From contig CAZMGV010000006.1 in assembly GCA_964565925.1 (NCBI GenBank), positions 16,176 to 80,175 of the forward strand: DNA of 64,000 nucleotides, read 5' to 3'. This DNA is from an uncultured bacterium (GTDB taxonomy: Bacteria > JAGRBM01 > JAHCIT01). Positions 1 through 9,622 of the stretch are shown here, piece after piece. Position 1 is the stretch's first letter, and each line of letters begins with the position of its first letter. The notes beneath the pieces are model-generated. The model made no database searches, was not told the DNA's origin, and was given only the letters and a program-made list of their open reading frames with translations. Position numbers and translations under genes: made by a program.

Positions 1-186
1 ACCGCCGGTCGACACGAACGCCCTGATCAGTTCCTGGCTGCCGTCGCTCGAACCGTCGTCCACGAAGATCACTTCCCACGACCGTCCCAGTTCCGTCATT
101 GATGCGGAAATGTCGTGCATCATGGGCGCCAGGCTCTGCGCTTCGTCCAGCACCGGGAGTATGACCGAGAGTTCCGGGGTTTCCAT
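1..186 (-). CDS. Glycosyltransferase family 2 (ArnC/DPM-synthase-like), N-terminal part only; runs off the window start
   Basis: Not in the ORF track (no stop in window). Manual translation METPELSVILPVLDEAQSL...WEVIFVDDGSSDGS shows the GT2 N-terminal motifs; GGAGG 5 nt upstream of the ATG at 186. Confidence 0.9.
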   Translation of the reverse strand, partial: METPELSVILPVLDEAQSLAPMMHDISASMTELGRSWEVIFVDDGSSDGSQELIRAFVSTGG

Positions 187-198
187 GAGATCCTCCGG

Positions 199-762
199 TC
201 AGGGGGCCTTGGCCCGCTGGCGGTTCCTTTCACGGCAGGCGTTCTGCGACCTTGTCAGACGCATCGTCAGTTCCTTGATCTGCTGCTGGTGCGACTCCCA
301 GGGAGGCTGCCCGAAGTCGACGTTCTTGAGCGCCGCCACACGCCGCATTTCGGACATGTCGATTTCGTGTATCTTCGCGTTCTGGAAAAACTGCGCCATG
401 CTTTTCGCACGGGCGACACCGTCTTCGGTGTTGACCGGTTCACCCGAACAGAACCGCTCCAGAAACGCGATATCGCTGTCGGCCCGCACCAGAAACGCCT
501 CGTAACTGGTGAGCGCCGACCGGTAGTCGTTCTGGATGGCTTCAATGCCGTCGTAGTTGCGGGGACCGCCCGACAGGTGCGCGACCGGATCGTTCGCATC
601 GGGCCCCTTCGCAAGACCCGGCGGCAGCTCTTTTTTCATCCGCTCCGCCCGCATGAGCGGAATGAGTAATACCGGTACGGCGATAGCCAGCAGCAGTCCT
701 GCGGCCACAAACCGCTTCCACTCGGGTTTCCGGCGAATCTGTCCAGAAGCCGTATCCATCAA
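199..762 (-). CDS. Hypothetical protein with one N-terminal hydrophobic segment
   Basis: 187-aa ORF, basic N-terminus then FVAAGLLLAIAVPVLLIPL; co-oriented with both neighbours. Confidence 0.65.
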   Translation of the reverse strand: MMDTASGQIRRKPEWKRFVAAGLLLAIAVPVLLIPLMRAERMKKELPPGLAKGPDANDPVAHLSGGPRNYDGIEAIQNDYRSALTSYEAFLVRADSDIAFLERFCSGEPVNTEDGVARAKSMAQFFQNAKIHEIDMSEMRRVAALKNVDFGQPPWESHQQQIKELTMRLTRSQNACRERNRQRAKAP

Positions 763-886
763 GCCGCTTTCCGCCCTCTGCCTGAAATCTTGTCACTGCC
801 CGGCGCTGTCCGCAATGGGAAAACGAAAGGCCCGGCTGGACTTCTCCGGCCGGGCCATGTCGATTTACCGCCAGATCACCGGCCTG

Positions 887-2071
887 TCAGTTGAAAGCCT
901 CGAACAGCCCGGCCGCACCCATGCCGCCGCCGACACACATGGTCACGATGCCCCATTTTTTCTTGCGCCGCCGCAGTTCCAGCAGGATACCGCCGATCTG
1001 GCGCGCACCGGTCATGCCGTAGGGATGGCCGATCGAGATCGCGCCGCCGTTGACGTTCAGCTTGTCGGGATTGATACCCAGCTTGTCACGGCAGTAGACC
1101 ACCTGGACCGCGAACGCCTCGTTCAGCTCGATCAGGTCGATGTCGTCCAGCTTGAGCCCGTGACGCTTGAGCAGCGTTGGAATGGCGAACACCGGACCGA
1201 TACCCATTTCATCCGGTTCGCAGCCTGCGACGACGAGTCCGCGGTATGCGCCCAGCGGAGACAGGTTGCGCTTCTTCGCCTCTTCATCGCTCATCACGAC
1301 CACGGCGGCGGCGCCGTCGGACAGCTGCGACGCGTTACCGGCGGTAACGGTGCCCTGTGGATTGAACGACGGCTTTAGCGACTTCAGGCCTTCCAGCGTC
1401 GTATCGGGCCGGTTGCCTTCGTCCTGCGCGAAGAGGAACTCCTTCTTCGTGACTTCGTTGGTATCCTTGTTCTTCTCCGTCATCGTCACCTGCATGGGGA
1501 CGATTTCCTCGGCGAGTTTGCCGGCTTTCTGCGCTGCGGCAGTGCGCTGCTGCGACAGGAACGAATATTCGTCCTGAAGATCACGCGAGACCTTGTACCG
1601 CGAAGCGACCGTTTCGGCCGTCATGCCCATCGGCATGTAGATCGCCGGCTTGATCTTGAGGACGCCCGGATTGGCAGCGTCGTTCATGTTGATGACTTTC
1701 TGGACCTTGGAGATCGACTCCACACCGGCACCGACGACCGGGCCCGTGCCGTCCACGATCACGCGCTGCGCGGCGACCGAGACCGCCTGCAAGCCGGACG
1801 AGCAGAACCGGTTGATGGTGGTGCCGCTCACCGTGACGGGGCAGCCCGCGCGGATTGCTGCGACACGGCCCACGTTGTTGCCCGTCGAACCTTCGGGAAG
1901 ACCGCACCCCATGATGACGTCTTCCACGTCACCCGGGTCGATTTTCGCGCGTTCCAGCGCCGATTTGATGGCGTGTGCGGCCATGTCCGCCCCATGGGTC
2001 GAATTGAACGCACCTTTGAATGCCTTGCCGATCGGCGTTCTCGCCGTCGCTACAATGACTGCCTGCTTCAT
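887..2071 (-). CDS. Acetyl-CoA C-acyltransferase (thiolase)
   Basis: Motifs NRFCSSG, GNASQLSDGA, NEAFA, GHPYG.TG, MCVGGG.G; start moved to MKQAVIV (2071), which has GGAGG upstream. Confidence 0.97.
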   Translation of the reverse strand: MKQAVIVATARTPIGKAFKGAFNSTHGADMAAHAIKSALERAKIDPGDVEDVIMGCGLPEGSTGNNVGRVAAIRAGCPVTVSGTTINRFCSSGLQAVSVAAQRVIVDGTGPVVGAGVESISKVQKVINMNDAANPGVLKIKPAIYMPMGMTAETVASRYKVSRDLQDEYSFLSQQRTAAAQKAGKLAEEIVPMQVTMTEKNKDTNEVTKKEFLFAQDEGNRPDTTLEGLKSLKPSFNPQGTVTAGNASQLSDGAAAVVVMSDEEAKKRNLSPLGAYRGLVVAGCEPDEMGIGPVFAIPTLLKRHGLKLDDIDLIELNEAFAVQVVYCRDKLGINPDKLNVNGGAISIGHPYGMTGARQIGGILLELRRRKKKWGIVTMCVGGGMGAAGLFEAFN

Positions 2072-2191
2072 AAGAACCTCCACATAGTTGGTCGCGTACC
2101 GGTCCGCGCCGTTACGCGGGATTGTGGACGGCTACCCGGACGGAAAGAAAACGCCATGTTCAGCTGGATTGGCCGGAACAACCCCGAAAAA

Positions 2192-2205
2192 TGACATTTG
2201 AGTCA
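2192..2205. promoter_or_regulatory. Candidate operator TGAC-N6-GTCA upstream of the thiolase
   Basis: TGACATTTGAGTCA; same spaced palindrome as at 8122, 32799 and 39271; about 120 bp upstream of the start, the weakest placement of the four. Confidence 0.4.
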
Positions 2206-2207
2206 CT

Positions 2208-3470
2208 TCAGGCAATTGCGGGTCTGGGCGTCAGTTCCTTCTCCGAGAGCTTGCGGACTGAGGCTTCGAACACCTGGTTCTTGCGGACCCGGCGGACTGT
2301 CACTTCGTGATTTCCGACGCGGAACGATTCGCTCGCCTTGGGAACGTGACCCAGTTTTGCAATCACCCAGTCGGACAGGGATTTGTGATCGGAGCTCTCG
2401 CCGGCAATTCCCGTCAGTGCGAACACATCTTTCGGCACCAGTTTTCCGCCGAGCATCCACATGTCGCCGGGCAGGCTGTGGATCATCGAGGGCAGATGGT
2501 CGAATTCGTCCTCGATTTCACCGACCAGCTCTTCGACCAGATCTTCCAGCGTCACAAGGCCGGTCAGCTTCTTGCCTGCATCCAGCACCAGCGCCAGGTG
2601 GGCGTGCTCGGTCACGAAGCGTTCCATGACCCGGTCGAGGGTTTCTTCCGGACGTACATTGGTCACCGGCCTCACGATGCCCTGGACTGTCGTGGCGTTC
2701 GGGTTGGTTCGTGCCAGAAACACCAGCTCCTTGAAGTTTACGTAACCCAGGACTTCCTCAGAGCCCGGGTTCGGCTTGACGGGGAACCGGGTGTGCGGAT
2801 TGAAATGGGCGACCAGCAGGTTCTCCACGAGCGACGATTCCAGATACATGAACACGATCTGCTCACGCGGAATCATCACGTCGCTGATCTTGAGGCGCCC
2901 AAGCCGGGCCGCACCGGTAATGATCCGTTCCTGATGCCGGCGGATCACGTTCGATGAACGGGCCAGAAACGCGAGCGCCGTGATCTCCTCTGCGAGCGTC
3001 ACCGGTTTCGCTTTCCGGCCGCCGGTTACGGTTCGGGCCACCAGATTCGTCAGCCAGATCACCGGCATGAGCGCTATCGTGCTCATTTTGAGCACCGGAG
3101 CCACCGGCACCGCCAGCCGTTCACCGTACAGAAAGCCGAGCGTCTTCGGCAGGATTTCCGACAGAACGAGAATCGCCAGCGTGAAAACGATTGAAAAAAG
3201 TATCAGGTATTTGTGACCGAAAATTCCTTCGAACTGGACGGCGACGAGGGTCGCGCCGAGCGTATTGGCAGCGGTATTGAGTATCAGGATGGCCGCCAGA
3301 GGACGGTCGATCCGGTTCTTGAACTCCTGCCAGATCGCGGCCGTACGTGGATGTTTTTCGTGAAGAGTGGCGAGCTGGGAGGTGGAAAGGCTTAAGACCA
3401 CGGCCTCCATCGCCGAGCACAGAAAACTGCCGGCCAGCGTAAACAGGATGCCTATAATCAAGAGCGTCAT
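2208..3470 (-). CDS. CNNM/hemolysin-family (DUF21-CBS-CorC) membrane protein
   Basis: N-terminal TM DUF21 region (SAMEAVVLS, ILILNTAAN, SEILPKT), CBS pair (HTRFPV; GLVTLEDLVEELVGEIEDE) and CorC-like C-terminus. Confidence 0.93.
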   Translation of the reverse strand: MTLLIIGILFTLAGSFLCSAMEAVVLSLSTSQLATLHEKHPRTAAIWQEFKNRIDRPLAAILILNTAANTLGATLVAVQFEGIFGHKYLILFSIVFTLAILVLSEILPKTLGFLYGERLAVPVAPVLKMSTIALMPVIWLTNLVARTVTGGRKAKPVTLAEEITALAFLARSSNVIRRHQERIITGAARLGRLKISDVMIPREQIVFMYLESSLVENLLVAHFNPHTRFPVKPNPGSEEVLGYVNFKELVFLARTNPNATTVQGIVRPVTNVRPEETLDRVMERFVTEHAHLALVLDAGKKLTGLVTLEDLVEELVGEIEDEFDHLPSMIHSLPGDMWMLGGKLVPKDVFALTGIAGESSDHKSLSDWVIAKLGHVPKASESFRVGNHEVTVRRVRKNQVFEASVRKLSEKELTPRPAIA

Positions 3471-3546
3471 GAGACTGCACGCTCCTTCAGGCCGGACCGA
3501 CCTGCCAAATCAGGAATACAACTGGCAGGGTCGCCCGTCACCGCCG

Positions 3547-4806
3547 TCACCGCCTGGGACGGAATGTCTTGGACGCGCCGGTGACGCCTCCGCCCACGAC
3601 CGGAAGATCGTCCCAGAAGCCGGGAGGAGCCGGAGTGTCGTAGTTGAAGCCTTCCTGGATCCGGACCGGGATTTTTTCGTTGAGCAGCAGCTCGACCCCC
3701 CGGAGCAGCGATTCTTCCGATGGCTGGCAGAGCGTGAACGCCTCGCCGGTCGAAAAGGCGCGGCCTGTGCGGCCAATACGGTGGACATAGTCCTCCGCCT
3801 GTGTCGGGACGTCGTAGTTCACAACGTGGGAGATGCCTTCGACGTCGAGGCCGCGGCTTGCCACATCGGTCGCCACCAGAATGTTGATCCGTTTTTCACG
3901 GAAGGCGTCCAGCGCGTCATTGCGTTCCTTCTGCGAGCAGTCGGAATGGAGCTTCGCAACCTTGTAACCTTTCAGCTCGATCGCACGGAACACTTCGTTG
4001 GTGCGGTTGCGGGTCCGGGTGAAAATGATGAACGTTCCGTCGGTTCCGTAGAGTTCCAGAATCTTGAGCAGCAGATGCTTCTTGAGGTGCGGCTTTACCG
4101 GCCACAGCGAGTGATCGACCGTGTCGGCGCGCTCCCCGTGACGGGCGACATCCAGATACTCCGGCTCTTTGAGAAACTGACGGGCCAGCTCCCGGATCAC
4201 CGGCGGCATAGTCGCCGAGAACATCATCGATTGCCTGTTCGTGGGGAGCTTGGAGATGATCCGCTTCACGTCCGGAATAAAACCCATATCGAGCATCCGG
4301 TCCGCTTCATCCAGCACGAGAATCTGCACATCGTCGAACATGATGGCGCGCTGTTCGGCCAGATCGAGAAGGCGGCCCGGTGTCGCCACGATCACATCCG
4401 TGCCCTTCTTAAGATCGCTGATCTGGCTGGCCATTCCCATTCCGCCCAGTACGGCGGTGGTCTTGAGCGGCAGATAGCGTCCGTACTCGGCCATGGCGAC
4501 CTGGATCTGGAGACAGAGTTCCCGTGTCGGCGTGAGAATCAGCGCACGCGGATATTTGGACCGCGATTTCGCCGGCGCCAGCCGGTTCAGGATCGGCAAA
4601 CCGAATGCCGCCGTTTTGCCCGTACCCGTACGGGCGCAGGCCACCATGTCTTTCCCCTGAATTAGTACGGGAATCGCTTTCAGCTGGATTTCGGTCGGCT
4701 GGTTGTACCCCATGTCCTCGACCCCCCAGACGAGCTTGTCGTCCATACCGAAGGTCGAAAACGGATTAACAGGGGTCTCGACGCCGCCGTCGGGCGTATT
4801 GGTCAT
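3547..4806 (-). CDS. DEAD-box RNA helicase (RhlE-like)
   Basis: Q motif, ARTGTGKT, PTREL, TPGRLLD, DEAD, SAT, HRIGRTGRA; start placed at MTNTP (4806). Confidence 0.97.
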   Translation of the reverse strand: MTNTPDGGVETPVNPFSTFGMDDKLVWGVEDMGYNQPTEIQLKAIPVLIQGKDMVACARTGTGKTAAFGLPILNRLAPAKSRSKYPRALILTPTRELCLQIQVAMAEYGRYLPLKTTAVLGGMGMASQISDLKKGTDVIVATPGRLLDLAEQRAIMFDDVQILVLDEADRMLDMGFIPDVKRIISKLPTNRQSMMFSATMPPVIRELARQFLKEPEYLDVARHGERADTVDHSLWPVKPHLKKHLLLKILELYGTDGTFIIFTRTRNRTNEVFRAIELKGYKVAKLHSDCSQKERNDALDAFREKRINILVATDVASRGLDVEGISHVVNYDVPTQAEDYVHRIGRTGRAFSTGEAFTLCQPSEESLLRGVELLLNEKIPVRIQEGFNYDTPAPPGFWDDLPVVGGGVTGASKTFRPRR

Positions 4807-4976
4807 GGAAGTGCTCAATTCATTTCTGCCGGTTTCTGAAATTCTGGAGGTCTGTCTGCATCCGCTGGTTTTCATTCCGGAGCAGCAGCCCGTCACCGGC
4901 CCCGTGATTTACGGGGTTTCGGGACAGCATACTACATAGTCAGCCCTGTGGAAGCGAGCGCGGTAACTTACTGAAA

Positions 4977-6074
4977 TTACTTGGAATAATAGGCCTTTTG
5001 TACGCCGTGATGAATGAGTTCGTGGTCGTCCGTGTTCAGTCCCGAACGCCATACCGGATCCTGGTAAATGACCAGCCGGGGATCGCCCTCAACCAGCCGG
5101 AGCAGATGCGGTCCGACAGCGGCCGAAAATGCCAGAGTCGAAGTCAGGGGAACAGCGCCCGGCATGTTCGGCACCGCGTAGTGGAGCACGCCGTCGATCA
5201 CCTGAATTGGTTTGGTATGAGTGCCGGCTTTCGAAGTCTCCACGCATCCGCCCTGATCGATCGCCACGTCCACAATGACCGATCCCTTGCGCATCCGTTT
5301 GACCAGTTTTCGTGTGATCAGCACCGGGGCGCGTTCGCCGGCCCGGTAGGCCGCTGCGACGACGATATCGGCGGCCGTTACCGTACCGGCAATCGTTTCC
5401 GCGTCAGCCTGACGAGTCTCTATCTTTCCCGGATACAGATTCTGCAATCTGCTTAAAGCCTCCGGTTTGGGGTCCACGACCGTCACCCGGGCTTCCATCC
5501 CGACGGCGATCCGAACGGCCTCCCGGCCCACGGCGCCAGCGCCAATCACCACGACGTCCGCCGGCGGGACGCCCGTAGTTCCGCCGATATACTTTCCCAT
5601 ACCGGCCGGATGTTTCGCCAGCGCATAGGCACTCTCAAGAATGGCCATCCGGCCCGCGACTTCACTCATCGGGATGAGAACCGGCGCTTGCCCGTCGGCG
5701 GTGAGGACCGTCTCGAGTCCGATGGCGACCGTCCCTCTTCGCAGCAGTTCGGCAGTTAACCCGGGTGCCGCCGCCAGATGCAGAAAACAGACGAGGACGA
5801 GATCCGGCCGGAGATATCTGATCTCCGGTCCGAGTGGTTCTTTCACTTTCAGGACAACATCGGACCGCTTCCACAGATTGCGGGCATTTGCAACGATGCG
5901 GGCTCCGGCTTTGCGGTAGACCGAATCCGGAAACCGGCTGCGTAATCCCGCGCCGGATTCCACAAGGACCCTGACGCCGCGATCCGTCACCATTTTCACG
6001 AGTTCCGGCGTCGCAGCCACCCGCCCCTCGTTCGGTTTGATTTCACGCGGAATACCCAGTGTGAGAGAATTCAT
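4977..6074 (-). CDS. ald: Alanine dehydrogenase
   Basis: GIPREIKPNEGRV, MSEVAGR, IGAGAVG Rossmann motif, DVAIDQGG, HYAVPNMPGAVP. Confidence 0.93.
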   Translation of the reverse strand: MNSLTLGIPREIKPNEGRVAATPELVKMVTDRGVRVLVESGAGLRSRFPDSVYRKAGARIVANARNLWKRSDVVLKVKEPLGPEIRYLRPDLVLVCFLHLAAAPGLTAELLRRGTVAIGLETVLTADGQAPVLIPMSEVAGRMAILESAYALAKHPAGMGKYIGGTTGVPPADVVVIGAGAVGREAVRIAVGMEARVTVVDPKPEALSRLQNLYPGKIETRQADAETIAGTVTAADIVVAAAYRAGERAPVLITRKLVKRMRKGSVIVDVAIDQGGCVETSKAGTHTKPIQVIDGVLHYAVPNMPGAVPLTSTLAFSAAVGPHLLRLVEGDPRLVIYQDPVWRSGLNTDDHELIHHGVQKAYYSK

Positions 6075-6133
6075 ATTCCGTCCTTTTAGAGATCGCCTCT
6101 TTCCGCCGCAAGTTCCTGTGCTAACTTGCCGAT

Positions 6134-6210
<77 letters not shown>

Positions 6211-6585
6211 GACCGCTTCCGGTAATCTCCGGCGTTTTATTCCGAACAATTTTCGAACCCGTACCGGCATCGGCGGAAGAAACATCCAATGAGCCCCTTC
6301 TCAAGCGTTGCGGCGGGACTCCGTTTTTCTTCGAAGAGTTGTTCTGTATTCGATTCAGGATTCTGAACCGGACGAATTTCTCCGTTGACAGTAAAATGAA
6401 CCGGTACTCTCAGATCATTCTGATAACAGAGACTGACAATGCGGATTATCTTCATCTGAATAGATATCGTGATGACTAACGTTGTTATCTGTCCGAAATA
6501 TGTCTAGTGTCTGCCGCGTTGGATAAAAAACACGTCTGTTTTCTGTCCGACGAATTCAGGAAGACTCAAGGAAGGGATACTCATA

Positions 6586-6990
6586 ATGCCGCGTCCGAGC
6601 CGAGAAGAATCACTGCTGAAGGAACTCCTCAAACTGTCGACGGTCAGCCGCAAGGCACTTCTCAAGAAGGCCACCGTCATCGGCAAAGACGCGAAAAAGC
6701 TGAAAGCCCGTCGCAAGGAACTGATCAAGCAGATCCGCGGCCTCGAGAAGGACGTCGCCAAACTGGACCGACAGCTGGGTATTCCCGGCGGAACGGGAGC
6801 GGGCCGGGGCGGCTTCGGCCGCAAGCGCGGTCCCCGCGATCCGAAAGCTACCCGGCAGGCGCGCATTACCCGCTACAAGAATTCCATTCCCAAAATAAAG
6901 GCCGAGCTGGACCGCGCAAAGGGTTCACGCAAGGAGCGGCTTCAGAAGCGCCTCGAGAAAGCTGAAAAACTGCTCAAGGAACTAAGCTGA
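6586..6990 (+). CDS. Hypothetical highly basic coiled-coil protein
   Basis: 134 aa, about 42 K+R, GC-rich third codon positions, purine-rich RBS, followed by a terminator. Confidence 0.8.
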   Translation: MPRPSREESLLKELLKLSTVSRKALLKKATVIGKDAKKLKARRKELIKQIRGLEKDVAKLDRQLGIPGGTGAGRGGFGRKRGPRDPKATRQARITRYKNSIPKIKAELDRAKGSRKERLQKRLEKAEKLLKELS

Positions 6991-7014
6991 TTTCACCGGT
7001 ATCTGGTGACGGTA

Positions 7015-7053
7015 AAATCAGAGGGCGGCGTGGATAATGCCGCCCTTTGATTT
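7015..7053. terminator. Bidirectional intrinsic terminator
   Basis: AAATCAGAGGGCGGC / GCCGCCCTTTGATTT inverted repeat between convergent genes. Confidence 0.75.
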
Positions 7054-7078
7054 GGATAAACCGGACTCTCCGACAGAC

Positions 7079-8050
7079 TTATTTCTTGAAAACTTTCTTC
7101 GTATCGATCGGATGGGTGGCGACCCATCCGTGCGCATAGACTCTGGAAAAATCCCTTGACGTCAGTAATGTCTGGACAATCGTCGTACCCTGCATTTCGC
7201 CGTCCACATCCACCGGTTTGGCCCGTGAATGCTCGGCCGGCCGTCTGGAACTCCGGTCGGCGATGACCAGCAGCGGCTCGTTGGCGGGCACCCGTTCCTG
7301 GGAGATTTCCAGAGCAACCTGAGTCGTAAACTGCGGCCGGTAGCCTTCCAGGGCTTTTGACAGCGCTCCGATAATATCGAGATAGAAACAGATAAAAGCG
7401 ACGGAGAAGAACCCTTCACCCGCTTCGAACAGACGGAGCATGCTTCCCGGTGTACGGACCTTCGCCGGATCGGTAATAGTCCAGAACAGGTTGTCGGCAT
7501 GTTCGTATTCGGTCGCCATCACCTGCGACATCTGCCGGGTCGGATTGGCTGACGCGGCGGCAAACCGGTCGCGCCAGGACGCCCAGTGGGCAGGATCAAG
7601 CAGAGGACTGTTACCGACCGACCACGCTCCTGCATCCAGCTTGTCGGTATCGCAGAAACGGCTCGTGATCCACCAGCTTCCGTTATTGGAACGCTGATAG
7701 CTGGCTTCGTACGGTACCGTTTCGTGCAGCGGGAGCCCTTTCTCCAGGCGGACATAGATCCGGCACGGAAAGGTCGAGGCGTGTTCATGAATGGAAATCC
7801 GGCGAAGCAGCGGAAAGATCCGGGCGACACAATGGAGCCCGCCCTGAAGTCTGCCCGGAGGCCCCATCAGCGCCTGATGTGCGAATTTCATTTCGCCGCG
7901 GAACCGGTGAATGCCGTCCGGGCTGCAGCCGGCCTCCTCCATCGACAGGAGGGAATCTTCCACGAGCGTATCGAGGGGCTTCCAGCTGGCAGAATCCCCC
8001 CAGGGATTCTTTTCCGGCGGACCCAGAGAGGTCAGTGCGGGTTCAGTCAT
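7079..8050 (-). CDS. Hypothetical protein, probable hotdog-fold thioesterase-like
   Basis: GPPGRLQGG resembles the GPPG..HGG motif of PaaI-type thioesterases; length fits a double hotdog; start ambiguous (8050 or 8071). Confidence 0.55.
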   Translation of the reverse strand: MTEPALTSLGPPEKNPWGDSASWKPLDTLVEDSLLSMEEAGCSPDGIHRFRGEMKFAHQALMGPPGRLQGGLHCVARIFPLLRRISIHEHASTFPCRIYVRLEKGLPLHETVPYEASYQRSNNGSWWITSRFCDTDKLDAGAWSVGNSPLLDPAHWASWRDRFAAASANPTRQMSQVMATEYEHADNLFWTITDPAKVRTPGSMLRLFEAGEGFFSVAFICFYLDIIGALSKALEGYRPQFTTQVALEISQERVPANEPLLVIADRSSRRPAEHSRAKPVDVDGEMQGTTIVQTLLTSRDFSRVYAHGWVATHPIDTKKVFKK

Positions 8051-8088
8051 GGCTTCAGTCTCCGGTTGCACCCGCTGGCGGTGTGCAC

Positions 8089-8105
8089 TGTGTGACCGTC
8101 ACACA
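8089..8105. promoter_or_regulatory. Perfect 8-1-8 palindrome, candidate operator
   Basis: TGTGTGAC-C-GTCACACA in a divergent promoter region. Confidence 0.5.
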
Positions 8106-8119
8106 AGGGGACTATATAC

Positions 8120-8137
8120 ATTGACTCGCCAGTCAAT
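8120..8137. promoter_or_regulatory. Candidate operator ATTGACT-N4-AGTCAAT (TGAC-N6-GTCA class)
   Basis: Perfect 7-4-7 palindrome inside a minus-strand TTGATT-N18-TATAGT promoter-like element. Confidence 0.65.
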
Positions 8138-8252
8138 CAAACAGGGCTGTCTTTATCGTTACAAGAGACCGGACCGGAGTGCAGGGGTTGTGTTTTGAGC
8201 CTGTTCAGGCGAGATTTCGGCCCACAATTCACCGTTTCAACGAGGTCCACCT

Positions 8253-9038
8253 ATGCGTCATGAAGATATTCTGGTCGAAAAGGACGGCAACATCGTCTGG
8301 ATAACCATTAATCGGCCCAAGCAGCTGAATGCTTTCCGCTCGCAGACGCTGCTTGAACTGGCCGATGCTTTCGACACCGCTGGCGCGGATGAGAGCTGCG
8401 GCGTCATCGTCCTGACCGGCGCCGGGGACAAGGCATTTTCCGCCGGCGGAGATATCGCTGCCATGTCGGATCTGAAGCCCGGTCCCGGACGTGAATTTTT
8501 ACGCTCCTGCAGGCGGGCTTCACAGGCCATGCGGGACTGTCCGCAGCCGGTCGTCGCCATGGTGAACGGATATGCCCTGGGCGGCGGCAACGAACTTCAC
8601 CTGTTCTGCGACCTGACGCTGGCCTCCGACAAAGCCGTGTTCGGCCAGACCGGACCCACCGTCGGATCGGTGCCGGTCTGGGGCGGGACGCAGCTTCTGC
8701 CCAGAATGGTCGGCGAAAAACGGGCCCGTGAAATGGTCTATCTCTGTCCGCGCCTCGACGCGAAAACCGCGCTCGAATGGGGGCTCTGCAACCGGGTGAT
8801 CCCGCATGACAGACTCAAGGAAGAAACCCGCAAGATCTGCCTGGATATCTTGGCGAAATCCCCGCAGTCCCTGCGGATCGCCAAGATGAGCTTCAACCAT
8901 GTGATCGCTTCGATGGACGCCTCCTTCGAGCACGGTTCCGAGCTGCTGGCCTCCTGCTACGGCGGTGCGGAACTGGGCGAAGGAATGAAAGCGTTTCTCG
9001 AAAAACGTAAGCCGGATTTCAATCAGTTCCGCAAATAG
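8253..9038 (+). CDS. Crotonase-superfamily enzyme, MenB/BadI-like
   Basis: INRPKQLNAF, AFSAGGD, GYALGGG, FGQTGPTVGS, VGEKRAREM, EGMKAFLEKRKPDF; lacks the MenB SFD motif (has SVP). Confidence 0.9.
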   Translation: MRHEDILVEKDGNIVWITINRPKQLNAFRSQTLLELADAFDTAGADESCGVIVLTGAGDKAFSAGGDIAAMSDLKPGPGREFLRSCRRASQAMRDCPQPVVAMVNGYALGGGNELHLFCDLTLASDKAVFGQTGPTVGSVPVWGGTQLLPRMVGEKRAREMVYLCPRLDAKTALEWGLCNRVIPHDRLKEETRKICLDILAKSPQSLRIAKMSFNHVIASMDASFEHGSELLASCYGGAELGEGMKAFLEKRKPDFNQFRK

Positions 9039-9127
9039 CCGTTTGCCATGCCGGGCGGACGGGATTATGAATTTGCGGCGACAGGAATTCGCACCGGTTT
9101 ACGGTGCATGAACGGGGTAAAACGGGA

Positions 9128-9622
9128 ATGGGCGGCGTAAACTTCAAAACGATTGTGGCAACCAGTGATCTTTCCGAAATTGCGGAAGAAGGTCTTTCCC
9201 ACGCGGCCCAGATTGCGGCCAGCGGCTCCGCGACCCGGTTGTATCTGCTTCATGTCGTGGCGCCGGCCGAAATGCTGCTCGGCCGCGAATACGGTCTGGG
9301 GCTCGAGATCACGAAACAGGCCCTCAAGGAAATCCATGATGCCGCCGAGCAGAAGCTCGCCGAACAGTGGAAGAAGGTCGCTCCGGCCAGCTACGCCGGA
9401 CCGTCTCCCAAACTGATGACCGTGAGCGGCAGTCCGGCGGCCGAAATCTGCGATTTTGCCGATTCGGTGAAAGCGGACCTGATCGTGATCGGGACCCACG
9501 GACGGACCGGCCTGGGACACCTGCTCATCGGTTCAGTGGCGGAAAACGTCGTCCGGCACGCTCCCTGTGCGGTGCTCACGGTCCGGCTTCCGCAAAAGCC
9601 GAAGAAGGCCAAAAAGAAATAG
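9128..9622 (+). CDS. Universal stress protein (UspA family)
   Basis: IVATSDLSE, ADLIVIGTHGRTGLGHLLIGSVAENVVRHAPCAVLTVR. Confidence 0.95.
   Translation: MGGVNFKTIVATSDLSEIAEEGLSHAAQIAASGSATRLYLLHVVAPAEMLLGREYGLGLEITKQALKEIHDAAEQKLAEQWKKVAPASYAGPSPKLMTVSGSPAAEICDFADSVKADLIVIGTHGRTGLGHLLIGSVAENVVRHAPCAVLTVRLPQKPKKAKKK

Noticed and set aside
8253-9038. Calling this gene menB
   Set aside because: The conserved SFD motif is absent and no other menaquinone genes are nearby.
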